A stretch of 63,485 bases of DNA, the filler included, from Octopus bimaculoides (taxonomy: Eukaryota), in NCBI RefSeq assembly GCF_001194135.2. It is 9 parts of 9 records of this genome, joined end to end, with 100 filler letters (N's around TTAATTAATTAA, not from the genome) between each part and the next. Parts side by side here need not be neighbours in the genome. Positions count along the whole stretch, not along the records: positions 50,887 to 55,688 come from NC_069000.1; positions 55,789 to 61,646 come from NC_068994.1; positions 61,747 to 63,485 come from NW_026398755.1; 6 more parts are not named here. The stretch is one strand, 5' to 3'. Shown in pieces: positions 52,630-63,485 of the stretch. Each line of letters starts with the position of its first letter. The stretch's first letter is position 1. The notes under the pieces were generated by a model. It did not search any database. It saw nothing but the letters and a program-made list of their open reading frames with translations, and was not told where the DNA came from. Made by a program: the position numbers and the translations under genes.

Positions 52630-53031
52630 CGTATATATGCATNNNNNNNNNNNNNNNNNNNNNNNNNNNNNNNNNNNNNNNNNNNNNNNNNNNNNNNNNN
52701 NNNNNNNNNNNNNNNNNNNNNNNNNNNNNNNNNNNNNNNNNNNNNNNNNNNNNNNNNNNNNNNNNNNNNNNNNNNNNNNNNNNNNNNNNNNNNNNNNNNN
52801 NNNNNNNNNNNNNNNNNNNNNNNNNNNNNNNNNNNNNNNNNNNNNNNNNNNNNNNNNNNNNNNNNNNNNNNNNNNNNNNNNNNNNNNNNNNNNNNNNNNN
52901 NNNNNNNNNNNNNNNNNNNNNNNNNNNNNNNNNNNNNNNNNNNNNNNNNNNNNNNNNNNNNNNNNNNNNNNNNNNNNNNNNNNNNNNNNNNNNNNNNNNN
53001 NNNNNNNNNNNNNNNNNNNNNNNNNNCTATC

Positions 53032-53146
<115 letters not shown>

Positions 53147-53199
53147 TTGCAGGAAGAGCTATTCTAAGAGCGCTTTCTGCCTCATTTTCGAAACGCCTA

Positions 53200-53422
53200 G
53201 TTTAAAATAGAGACAGCTGATGAAGGAAATAGTTCCATAAGTGGCTCGTCCGTTTTTCCTATGTGTTCATTCTGTTCGTAAAAAAAAGTCCGTTTGTTTA
53301 TGCTTTGTTTATGTACCCGTTCCTTTTTTGACGTCCTGTACCAGGATATACATCTATATATACATGTAGATGTAGGTATGTACATATATGTATGTATACA
53401 TGCATATGCTCATATATCCTTT

Positions 53423-53430
<8 letters not shown>
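53200..53430 (+). repeat. Probable PLE terminal-repeat tail, related to 3620-3730
   Basis: Shared ACGTCCTGTAC..CATCTATAT..ACATGTAGATGTA(A/G)GTATGTACATATATG..CTTTGTATTAT. Confidence 0.55.
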
Positions 53431-53509
<79 letters not shown>

Positions 53510-53513
<4 letters not shown>

Positions 53514-53780
53514 GGCGGGGACAAAATAATTGAAATATCTTGATTGTTTTATAACTTAATACGGAGGCGATCCAACTTTGGCATCAATCACAGCTTTACT
53601 ATGTTGAAGAATTTCCTAGTCATCTTAAAGACCAGTAATCCAGTCGTTTTGCCAAAAATTAGTTCTAAGTTAGAGAGAGAGAGAAGATTTCCTTCTGACT
53701 GTAATAGAACCGTGGTCCAACTCCTAAAAGCATAGTGGTTTAAAAGAGCAGACAGATTGATGTCGAAAGCGTTCTTCAGC
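53510..53780 (-). mobile_element. Tc1/mariner transposase C-terminal remnant
   Basis: Minus strand gives ..KFFNIVKAVIDAKVGS..* (resembles RLxAVIxAxGG) across frameshifts, followed by a G-rich end next to a TA array. Confidence 0.4.
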
Positions 53781-54131
53781 TTGCAACAAGAGACACTAAC
53801 ACACAAGTGTTAGCTGCAGCATCTGACAACCGTTTTCTGGCAATTTCAGACAACAGCCATAACTACATAACAATAGACACTGTCGTGGATCATAAAGAAG
53901 TACTTCATTATTAGTTAGAATTTACTGTAAAATCTTATAACTCTTTAATCTGGCAACATTTCCCATCATGTTGGCTGCTTTCCATTACTTCAATTTTCTT
54001 GCCATGCGGTAATCATCATATGCTAAGTCAACTGAAGAATATCTCTTCTGTGTTTTGTTTATGAGAACAGCATGCTATAAATTTCCAGCTAATATTAATG
54101 TTTACATCTGCTCTATTAACGGCTGATAAAT

Positions 54132-54518
54132 CTCTTTTATCTTTTATCTTTTACTTGTCTCAGTCATTGAACTGCGACCATGCTGGAGTCCATCCTTTAA
54201 GGGTGTACTCAAATAAATCGACTCCCAGAGTTTATTTTTTAAAGTCTGGTATTTGGCTTATGGTTCTCCTTTCGTCGAACCGCTAAGTTACGAAACCAAA
54301 CAAACAGACCAGCATTAGTTGTCAAGCGAGGAGTACAAACACACACATACACACATACACACACACACATACACACAGACACACACAGACACATGTACGA
54401 TGGGCTTCGTCACAGTTTCCACTTACCAAATTCACTCGACTCGGAACTATAGTTGAAGACATTTGTCCCAGATGCCGCGCGGTGGGACCGAACCTGAGAC
54501 CACGTGGTTGCAAAGCAG
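54132..54518 (-). mobile_element. CORE-type SINE, diverged
   Basis: Colinear with the reverse complement of 37728-38142. Confidence 0.8.
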
Positions 54519-55648
54519 TCGTGCCAGCATATCTAAATAAAATATTTTCTCACCGATCTTCAGAACCGAAGACCTAAGTGTTGTATACATATAAAACCAG
54601 TTGTATATATATAAAACCGTTCATGGATTTGTGTTGCAAGATTCCTGATGGGAAGTCGTGTGTTGAAACAGATATTACTGAAGCAGATATTGTTGTATTT
54701 CGGGGTGGTGCTCTTGCTCTGCTTATTCCATTCTCTGAGAATGGATTAAGCAGAACAAGAGCACTGGTACTTTTTTTTCAACCCCGGTACTTATTCTATC
54801 GGTTCTACTTTGCTGAGCCGCTAAATTACGTGGACGTATATGCACCAACACCGGCTGAGACGTACAAAAGAAGAAAAGAATAAGTAGTGGGGGCAATTTG
54901 TTCGATTAAACCCTTCAAGGCGGTGCCCCAGCATGGCCGCACTCTAATTTACTGAAACAAGTAAAAAATAAATTAGAAAAATAGATAATAGACTTGGAGA
55001 TCCCTTACCTCCCGCACGTTTATTCCGGGGGATCATAACAGTCGCATTCACTCAGTTTGTTTAAAAACAACTCCGTATGATGTTTGACCAAATTTCTTTT
55101 CTAAGGAAACATCCGATTCTGCTTTTGAGCGGTGTTTGTTGATACAAATACCTGCAGGATCAAATTCTATCAAAGAACACATGCCAGCTGTGGGTTCCAG
55201 ATCCTGTATTTAATATTGTTTTGTAGTTCATGATTTAGCAAAGGCTAAAAGCGTTTTCCAAAGAAGTAATTAGGATGAAAAATGTGTTTCCCTGGGCCAC
55301 ACAGACAGCCCAATATAGGAGGATGAAGGTATATTTGAGGGAACAGCCCCTTATTTTGACAAGTGATGCTGGTGTATATAGTTAACTGGAAAGCAGCGAG
55401 CGACAACTGAAAATTCAACATATTTACTGTAACAACTTAGAACTCTTTAATCTAGGAAGAATTCCCATTAGCAAATCGCTGAGATGTCTCGTAACACAGA
55501 CAAAATGTCTGAAGTGAGATTGTACTTAGAAAGATATGAGCATGCATGTCTGTATGCATTTATGTATGTATGTATGTATGCATGTAAGTATGTATCTGTC
55601 TGTCTGTATGTTTGTGTGTATATAGATACATATATATGTCCAGATATA

Positions 55649-55688
<40 letters not shown>

Positions 55689-55788
55689 NNNNNNNNNNNN
55701 NNNNNNNNNNNNNNNNNNNNNNNNNNNNNNNNTTAATTAATTAANNNNNNNNNNNNNNNNNNNNNNNNNNNNNNNNNNNNNNNNNNNN

Positions 55789-55844
<56 letters not shown>

Positions 55845-56011
55845 CTGTTGCTTTCGAGTCGCGCTTTTCGTCATTAAGTTTGCCTTGGTGATGGATTACG
55901 TCAGCTATGTTTACCTTAGTGGTGGATTGTGTCAATCGTATACAAAAGTAAAGAACTCTTCTCTCTATATCTATAAAAACTTCTGTTGAGTTACTTCAGT
56001 TCTACATAAAC

Positions 56012-56063
<52 letters not shown>

Positions 56064-56079
56064 CGTAATAATAATAATA

Positions 56080-56410
56080 ATAAATGCCCTGATGCAATAC
56101 CAGGCAATGGCTCTAATGGTTTCTGATCTTAAATGACTTTCTCAGTGTAAAAAATGCCCTGATGCAGTACCAGGTAGTGGCTCTCATGGCTTTTGAACGA
56201 AACTGATGTACACTGTTTTGTCTTGGTATAAAAAAGAGAGGCTACAGCAAATTTTCTGCTCAATACCACAGATTTGCTTGTCAGTTGTTTGATCGTAACC
56301 AGTTGAGCATGTCCCTTAGTGGCTGACGATATGTGCATCTCTGATCACGAGCAGAAGTAGTGCGGGAGCATCATAGCCATGTGTTGAAGGGAATTCTTTG
56401 GTGTTTGAAT
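56080..56410. repeat. Interspersed repeat (probable LINE 3' UTR/SINE) with a duplicated end, beside (AAT)n
   Basis: AAATGCCCTGATGCA..TACCAGG..TGGCTCT occurs twice (~56082 and ~56153). Identity is from recollection only. Confidence 0.45.
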
Positions 56411-56696
56411 AATTCACTTCTGGAAACATCCTTAAACAAACTTTGTGGGGACCTTTTGAGTGGGATGGGCTACTCAACCTCAAAAAATTCTAACTGGGCC
56501 CCACCTGCAAGGTCCTGCGCTGTTCATCTTGATATGAAGTCATCATGTTGTGTACATACGGTTGTGGTGCATGTGGCGGGCGTATCCTTATGAGATGGGT
56601 AGTCATGATGGGTATACTGGGATTCGTATATATGCACCCCAGTGTCACTTTGGTGACATGCACTGCTCTCTCACTCAACAATCCTTTCTTGTATAG

Positions 56697-56897
56697 GCAC
56701 AAGGCCTGAAATTTGTTGGAAGGGGGTTAGTCGATTATACTGACTCCAGGGTTTCACTGGTACTTAATTTATCGACCCTAAAAGAATGAAAGGTAAAGTC
56801 GACCTCAGCGGAATTTGAACTTAGAACATAGCGACAGACGAAATACCACTTAACATCTCGCCGGGTGTACTAACGGTTCTGCCAGCTCACTACCTTA
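56697..56897 (-). mobile_element. Full-length Deu/Nin-type SINE
   Basis: Minus strand: GTGAGCTGGCAGAACCGTTAG..AGTTCAAATTCCGCTGAGGTCGACTTTACCTTTCATTCTTTTAGGGTCGATAAATTAAGTACCAG. Confidence 0.85.
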
Positions 56898-57009
56898 ACA
56901 ACAACAACAGCAGCAGCAGCAACAGCAAAAACAACAACAACAACAATAATAAAGATGGATTATATCATTTTTATTTTCATATTTTAGCACTAAAAAGAAT
57001 AGCGGCAGT

Positions 57010-57348
57010 TTACTTGAAAAGCAATTGTAGGAGATCAGTCATTCCTGAATCCTGGTTGTACTCTATGGGCTTTTTTTCAAAGTCACAGCGTGTCTCATTT
57101 GTTTGAGAGTAATACGCCTTCTTCGTGCTAGTTTCTGTAATGTGCGTCTCTTTCCCTTTCTCATTCTCAATAATATCCGTGTTTCTCTTGGCAGTGTCTT
57201 CGCTATAACACACAGTTGATTGGTTGGAAAAGTATGAGCCAGTTAGCCATATTGCGCCGACAGTAACAGCGGCTGCAACACCACCTACTAAAGCACCAGT
57301 TGCCCAGTCAGATAGCTTTTCTTCTTGTTTCCTTTTTTTCCTTCCCAT
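57010..57348 (-). CDS. Small single-pass membrane protein, paralog A (112 aa)
   Basis: Acceptor T9-CTTCCAG|G at 57371/57370, ATG 22 nt downstream with A at -3 and G at +4, basic N-terminus, Gly/Ala-rich hydrophobic helix, AATAAA at 56970-56975, and similarity to ORF 59567-59881. Confidence 0.6.
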   Translation of the reverse strand: MGRKKRKQEEKLSDWATGALVGGVAAAVTVGAIWLTGSYFSNQSTVCYSEDTAKRNTDIIENEKGKETHITETSTKKAYYSQTNETRCDFEKKPIEYNQDSGMTDLLQLLFK

Positions 57349-57915
57349 CGTAATACTTCTAGAATGTCACCTGGAAGAAAAAAAAATTGCATAAAGCCGT
57401 TAGGTATTTTTTCAGGGGCAAACTGAGCCGTCGGTCAATGGGACACTGCTGGAGGGCCCGGAGCACTGAGGGGCCCACACTCTACTGATATCGAACGCAC
57501 GCGTCCTTTTTGCAAGTATATATATATATATATATAATACATGTGGTAGTTTGCGGTAAAGCACTTTCACTGACTCAGTGTTCATTGCGTATATGATTAA
57601 TGAAAGAGACGGAAGATGGCAGATACGAGAATCTTCATTGACCATTACAATTGTTTTATCATGTTAAGTTAGATAGATGCAAAAAACATTATGTAAAACT
57701 GCATAACCTTAAATGAAATTTTCCACCAATCTTCTCAGCACACTTGGTGTAAATGCAACACTAACTTATATACTCTTACTCTCTTTTACTCTTTTACTTG
57801 TTTCAGTCATTTGACNNNNNNNNNNNNNNNNNNNNNNNNNNNNNNNNNNNNNNNNNNNNNNNNNNNNNNNNNNNNNNNNNNNNNNNNNNNNNNNNNNNNN
57901 NNNNNNNNNNNNNNN

Positions 57916-58545
57916 CATCATCATCATCATCGTTTAACATCTGCTTTCCATGCTGGCATGGGCTGAACAGTTTAACTGGGGACTAGTGAGCCAGATGCCT
58001 GCACAAGGCTCCAATCTGATCTGGCAGAGTTTCTACAGCTGGAAGCCCTTCCTAATGTCAACCACTCCGAGAGTGTAGTGGGTGCTTTTACATGCCACTG
58101 GCATGGGGGCCAGTCAGTTTGTACTGGTAAGGGCCACGCTCAAATGGTGATTTCCATGTACCACCGGCACAAGTGCCAGTAAGTCGACGCTGGTAACATA
58201 TATATATGGTATATATCGTCATCATCATCATCATTTAACATCAACTTTCCATGCTAGCATGGGTTGGACGATTTGACTGAGGACTGGTGAACCAGATGGC
58301 TACACCAGGCTTCAATCTGATTTGGCAGAGTTTCTACAGCTGGATGCTCTTCCTAACACCAACCACTCCGAGAGTGTAGTGGGTGTTTTATGTGCCGCCG
58401 GCACGAGGGCCAGTCAGGCGGAACTGGCGACTGCCACGCTCAAAATGGTGTGTTTTACATGCCGCCTGCACAGGAGCCAATCCATCAGCACTGGCAACGA
58501 TCTCGCTCGAATGTCTTTTCACGTGCCACTGGCACAAGTGCCAAA
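57916..58545 (-). mobile_element. Two tandem LINE-3'-end/SINE copies with (GAT)n tails
   Basis: Both contain TTTCTACAGCTGGA(A/T)GC(C/T)CTTCCTAA..CAACCACTCCGAGAGTGTAGTGGGTG and begin with (CAT)n on plus. Confidence 0.75.
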
Positions 58546-58809
58546 TGATAATAATAATAATATTAATAATAATAATAATAATAATGATAATAATAATAAC
58601 AAGAAGAAGAAGAAGAAGAAGAAGAATGATAATAATAATCTCTTTATTCATTTGTTCTTTTTTTAATAATGATTTCTAACTTTGGCCCAAGCCCAGCAAT
58701 TTCAGGGGAGGGGATGAGTTGAGTACATTGACCCTGAAAGATGAAAAGCAAAGTCAACCTCACCTTTCATCCTTTTCTGGGTCAATAAAATAATAATAAT
58801 AATAATTGT

Positions 58810-59011
58810 GAATAAAGATACAAATATAAGTAAAAATATAAACAAATAATTGAAGAAGTTTAGATAGGAAGTCATGGAGACACTCCACAGAAAGTTTGCC
58901 TCTTAGAGACAGGAAAGATTATCAGAAGAGTTTGAAAGACTGGAAATATTGAAAGCTTGTTGATAAGCCACATAAATTCTAGAAGGAACAAGGACAAAAC
59001 TGAGTCAGTCA
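58810..59011 (+). mobile_element. Extreme 3' end of a Dong/R4-like LINE between (AAT)n tracts
   Basis: QKVCLLETGKIIRRV* (RLE LINE C-terminal motif), a short UTR, and AAT repeats on both sides. Confidence 0.55.
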
Positions 59012-59045
<34 letters not shown>

Positions 59046-59212
59046 TCACCTTTTTTTTTTTTTTTTTTTTTTAAANNNNNNNNNNGAAGCGTTGAGATGT
59101 ATTGTAAGATACAGAAATAAAATTGTTTACTTTCATCGTAAAGTTGTTGAATTTAACGTTAGCGTCTTATGAAGCTAAATTTATAAGTTCTAAAATTGCA
59201 GAAGAATTCGTT

Positions 59213-59380
59213 GCTGGGCAGTTTAGTTTAATGGTAAAACACTTGACATGTAATCACTGAGATGTGAGTTTGAGTCTCATGGCTGGTTCAGTAACGTATT
59301 TTTCTGCAATAAATGGATAATTTATCCTGATCACAACTATTTATAGTATTATCACGCGTTTGAGAAATAAATTTAATTCT
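59213..59380 (+). mobile_element. tRNA-derived (Thr-UGU-like) SINE/pseudogene
   Basis: GGGCAGTTTAGTTTAATGGTAAAACAC..CATGTAATC..GTGAGTTTGAGTCTCAT. A/B boxes are present but stems are degraded. Confidence 0.5.
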
Positions 59381-59566
59381 GTATCTTAATAATAATAATA
59401 ATGGTTTCAAATTTTGGCACAAGGCCAGCAATGTCAGGGTAAGTGGATTATATCAACCCCAGTCCTCAGCTGGTACTTATTTTATCAACGCTGACCTTTC
59501 AGAGTTGATGAAATAAGAACCTTGGTGGAATTTGAACAGAAACTGAACAATTCATATTTTCAATCA

Positions 59567-59881
59567 TCATTTTTTGTAATTATTTTTATGGCTGAGATTG
59601 TTACGGTTTCCAAATTGCACTTTGTTACTAATTTCCCTAATATTTTCAGAGGTGTGAGTCTCTTTCATTTGGTTATTTTCTGTTTTGGTTGTCACTTTTT
59701 CATATGCATTCTCTGTTGTATGTGTATTGGATGTATAATTGGTTTCCCTGTAAGTGGTAGTTGACTGCCTTGAAGAAAAGTGTGTATAAACCGCATAGAT
59801 TAGACCAGCTACAGCAGCAATAGCACCACCAAGTTGAATACCTTCCGACAGAGGTGAAACATTCCGTCTATCGTTTCCCAT
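59567..59881 (-). CDS. Small single-pass membrane protein, paralog B (104 aa; possibly truncated)
   Basis: Acceptor T8-ATCCAG|G at 59901/59900, ATG 19 nt downstream with A at -3 and G at +4, helix LGGAIAAVAGLIYAVY, and shared FS.QST..Y.E and KETH motifs with paralog A. Confidence 0.55.
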   Translation of the reverse strand: MGNDRRNVSPLSEGIQLGGAIAAVAGLIYAVYTHFSSRQSTTTYRETNYTSNTHTTENAYEKVTTKTENNQMKETHTSENIREISNKVQFGNRNNLSHKNNYKK

Positions 59882-59956
59882 CTTAACAATCAGAAAAATA
59901 CCTGGATAAAAAAAATTGGATAAAGTTATTATATATAGTAAATCAAGTTATATATG

Positions 59957-60439
59957 ACGGGGTGCTGAAAAGCTCCTGGCTTTAAGGGTACCGCGAAAGA
60001 CCTGGTTGGAAGCACAGCCTTCTGAGTTATTTTTATAGGGCTTCGAAAAACTGAAGGACTGCTGTAATAAGTGTGTGAATCTATGTTGAATAAAATCATA
60101 ATTAAATGTATTTTCTTTTACTCAGAGCCAGGAACTTTTTAGTACCCCCACATATATATATATATACATGAGTGTGTATATTGATATGCATGCATGTATG
60201 TGTGTGTGTGTATGTGAGTATACAAGGTAGAGATGAAATTTTCCTGGGTTTAAGGGTATCATGAAAGTACTGGTTGGAGGCCCAAATTTCCAAGTTCTTT
60301 TACAGGGCATAGAATAACTGAAGGACTGCTGGCAGAAGTGTGTGAATCTGAGAGGGGAATATGTTGAGTAAAATCATAATTAAGGGATCCACCTGTATTT
60401 TCTTTTACCCAAAGTCAGGAACTTTTCAGCACCCCCTCA
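59957..60439. mobile_element. Two tandem copies of a mariner-type MITE (~195-215 bp)
   Basis: TIRs GGGGTGCTGAAAAG(C/T)TCCTGGC / GCCAGGAACTTTT(T/C)AG(T/C)ACCCC. Shared interior CTGAAGGACTGCTG..AAGTGTGTGAATCT. Confidence 0.75.
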
Positions 60440-61302
60440 CATGTACATGTGTAGACAAAATGATGAATAAACTAAAATGTGAAAACTGAGATACCAAATG
60501 AATATTACTGTTGAGTAAAACAGTGATCAAGACATTCTAGATATGACCATCCAGTCTTTGTAAATATCAGAGATTACATTATCTAGAGTGTCCTTTGGCA
60601 TTCACACACACTTATACACTAAATAACAGTTTGACTGAACCCCATACAACTTATGGTTTGGAAGGTGTAAGGACTATACACCTATCTCATTAGATATTGT
60701 GCCACTGAATGTCTGATGAGGTGGTGCCTGCCACACATGCCTAAAAAATGTTTCCCTTGGAGCTGTTATTAAATATTGAATATTAGTCCTGTCACCTTTT
60801 TGACATAAACACTTTGCAGGTAGTAATCAGAACCCGATATATATTGCAGATTGCATCAATAACCAACTGGAGCAGGCATCCACCTTTGTATTAAAAATAA
60901 CAGTAACATCGGTTCCTACAGAACAACCATGTTTATGATAAAAATCTGTTGAAAATTAAGGCTTTTTCAACCCCATCCCCATTCCTATTGTTTCTGTTTA
61001 TAATTTTAAAATATTGGAGAGCCTAATAAGATCATTGTTGGGATTTATCTACAGTGATTTTAAAAAGAGGTTTGTTAAAGATAAATTATTTGAATAGCAC
61101 AATTTTGGTTCAGAGGGAGTTTAAAAATTGAATTTTTTTTTTTTTACCTATATCCCAGCATGGACCACCCATGTGTTACATCCACAAGGTCATATCATAT
61201 CAATACACAAGGGTGACAAAAAAACGAGGAAGTCAGCCGTGGGAGGTGTTAGAAACAACAGCCAAATCTCCCTTAAATCGCACACCTTTTTTGTCTGTTT
61301 TA

Positions 61303-61646
61303 CTCTTTTACTCTTTTACTTATTTCAGTCATTTGACTGCAGCCATGCTGGAGCACCGCCTTTAGTCGAGCAAATTGACCCCAGGACTTATTCTTTGTAA
61401 GCCTAGTACTTATTCTATCTGTCTCTTTTTGCCGAACCGCTATATTACGGGGACGTAAACACACCAGCATCAATTGTCAAGCGATGTTGGGAGGACAAAC
61501 ACAGACACACAAACACACATATATATATATACATATACATATATACGACGGGCTTCTTTCAGTTTCCATCTAACCAAATCCACTCACAAGGCTTTGGTCA
61601 GCCCGAGGCTATAGTAGAAGACACAGGCCGACCAAAGCCTTGTGAG
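61303..61646 (-). mobile_element. CORE-type SINE, 5'-truncated with a short inversion
   Basis: Reverse complement of the 37728 family. 61626-61646 is an inverted copy of 61583-61603. Confidence 0.85.
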
Positions 61647-61746
61647 NNNNNNNNNNNNNNNNNNNNNNNNNNNNNNNNNNNNNNNNNNNNTTAATTAATT
61701 AANNNNNNNNNNNNNNNNNNNNNNNNNNNNNNNNNNNNNNNNNNNN

Positions 61747-61884
61747 TGAAAAAGGGGTGGTGGTGGTGGTGGTGGTGGTAGTGATGGGAATGGGGGTGAT
61801 GGGAGTGGCGGCGAGGAACGTTGAGCGGAGCGGGAATAAAGAAGGTGAGAGAGATGTAAGGAGAAGATAGATGACGATGATGAC

Positions 61885-61928
<44 letters not shown>

Positions 61929-61947
61929 CGATGATGATGATGATGAC

Positions 61948-61997
<50 letters not shown>

Positions 61998-62325
61998 NNN
62001 NNNNNNNNNNNNNNNNNNNNNNNNNNNNNNNNNNNNNNNNNNNNNNNNNNNNNNNNNNNNNNNNNNNNNNNNNNNNNNNNNNNNNNNNNNNNNNNNNNNN
62101 NNNNNNNNNNNNNNNNNNNNNNNNNNNNNNNNNNNNNNNNNNNNNNNNNNNNNNNNNNNNNNNNNNNNNNNNNNNNNNNNNNNNNNNNNNNNNNNNNNNN
62201 NNNNNNNNNNNNNNNNNNNNNNNNNNNNNNNNNNNNNNNNNNNNNNNNNNNNNNNNNNNNNNNNNNNNNNNNNNNNNNNNNNNNNNNNNNNNNNNNNNNN
62301 NNNNNNNNNNNNNNNNNNNNNNNNN

Positions 62326-62403
<78 letters not shown>

Positions 62404-62502
62404 GGTGATGATGGTGATGATGATGATGGTGATTATGGTGATGACGATGATGATGACGATGATGACGATGATGATGATGATGATGATGATGACGATGATG
62501 AC

Positions 62503-62534
<32 letters not shown>

Positions 62535-62562
62535 CGATGATGACGATGATGACGATGATGAC

Positions 62563-62595
<33 letters not shown>

Positions 62596-63100
62596 GATGA
62601 AGGTGATGACGATGATAACGAAGAAGAAGAAGAAGAAAAGAAAAAAAAAGAAGAAGAAGAAGAAGAAGAAGAAGAAGAAGAAGAAGAAGAAAAATGTACA
62701 ATAGGAAAAGAAGAAAGAAGAAAAATATGGGGAAAAGAAAGAAAGAGACAAGAAAAGTAAAAAAAGAAAAGGCAGTAATAAAAAAAAGTTATCAGAGAGA
62801 AGACATATGATGAGAAAGAAATAGAAAAAGAAGAATGAAGAGGTGAATGAAAGAAAAAGAAGAAGAAAAAAAGAAAACTAGAATGAAAATGTAAAAGAGA
62901 AAGAAGGAAATGGGAGAAAAAGAAGAAAAAGAAGTACAAAAGAAGAAGAAAAAGAAAAAGAAGTACAGAAAGAAGAAGAAGAAGAAGAACAACAAAAAGA
63001 AGAAGAAGAAGAAGAAGAAGAAGAAGAAGAAGAAGAAGAAGAAGAAGAAGAAGAAGGAAACCAAGACGAAAACAACGAAGAAAAGGAATAAAAAAATGTA
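61747..63100. repeat. (GGT)n/(GAT)n/(GAA)n low-complexity block
   Basis: Direct inspection. The poly-H/M/K/S ORFs are artefacts. Confidence 0.95.
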
Positions 63101-63129
63101 AAACAATAAGAGGAAAATATAAATTATTG

Positions 63130-63360
63130 TTGGTATATTCAGTGTGGTGGTTAAGGTGTTGGAATGGAGGGAATGGATTATGGGTTCGATTCCTGCACAA
63201 TGGAGTGTATGGTGTTCTTAAGCAGGGAGGGACATTGCTCATGTCATTTCTGTGGGGCTTTTTAACCCTGCGAATAACTGGTGTCGCTTCCGAATAGAAA
63301 TCATGTACTTTCAGTCATTTAATCGTTCTTTGGAAACCAGAACTGAATCAGGGTCAATGA
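63130..63360 (+). mobile_element. Degraded tRNA-headed SINE
   Basis: GTGGTGGTTAAGGTGTTGG..GGGTTCGATTCCTG head. Confidence 0.45.
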
Positions 63361-63445
63361 GTCCACAGCCTTGAAACACCACAAACGTAAACACACACAC
63401 GCGCGCGCACACACACGCACACACACACACACACACACGATCACA

Positions 63446-63485
<40 letters not shown>

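Noticed and set aside
53215-53245. CTGATGAAGGAA-ATAG-TTCC hairpin
   Set aside because: It is not followed by GAAA, so the hammerhead is incomplete.
55900-55970. 56-nt minus-strand AG..GT micro-exon that could splice to paralog A
   Set aside because: It is in-frame but adds only a short tail ending in a stop; signals are weak, and A already has its own stop and AATAAA.
59213-59290. Functional tRNA-Thr gene
   Set aside because: Acceptor, anticodon and T stems are mismatched; treated as a SINE head or pseudogene.
60712-60745. CTGATGAGGTGG..CCAC hammerhead-like start
   Set aside because: No GAAA or cleavage triplet follows the stem.

Overview
AT-rich, gap-ridden eukaryotic genomic DNA dominated by microsatellites and decayed transposons. 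The SINE families (tRNA/CORE-type and Deu/Nin-type), mariners, Dong/R4-like LINEs and Penelope-like elements (PLEs) match my recollection of Octopus repeats; this species call is inference and was not searched. Eight artificial N44-TTAATTAATTAA-N44 linkers split the window into nine pieces, so adjacency across them is not base-supported. I found no intact TE ORF, rRNA, bona fide tRNA or CRISPR array, and most ORF-track entries are microsatellite or N artefacts. Most notable: (1) hand-folded minimal type I hammerhead-ribozyme motifs, one nearly canonical (45587-45632, minus) and others decayed (1872-1960; 2839-2944), two lying downstream of, and co-oriented with, Dong/R4 3' ends; (2) two tandem paralogous small single-pass membrane-protein exons (57010-57370 and 59567-59900, minus) with matching splice acceptors; (3) a candidate terminal exon (23344-23592, minus); (4) an internally deleted Helitron with an intact 3' end; (5) several long fold-back elements and an inverted SINE pair.
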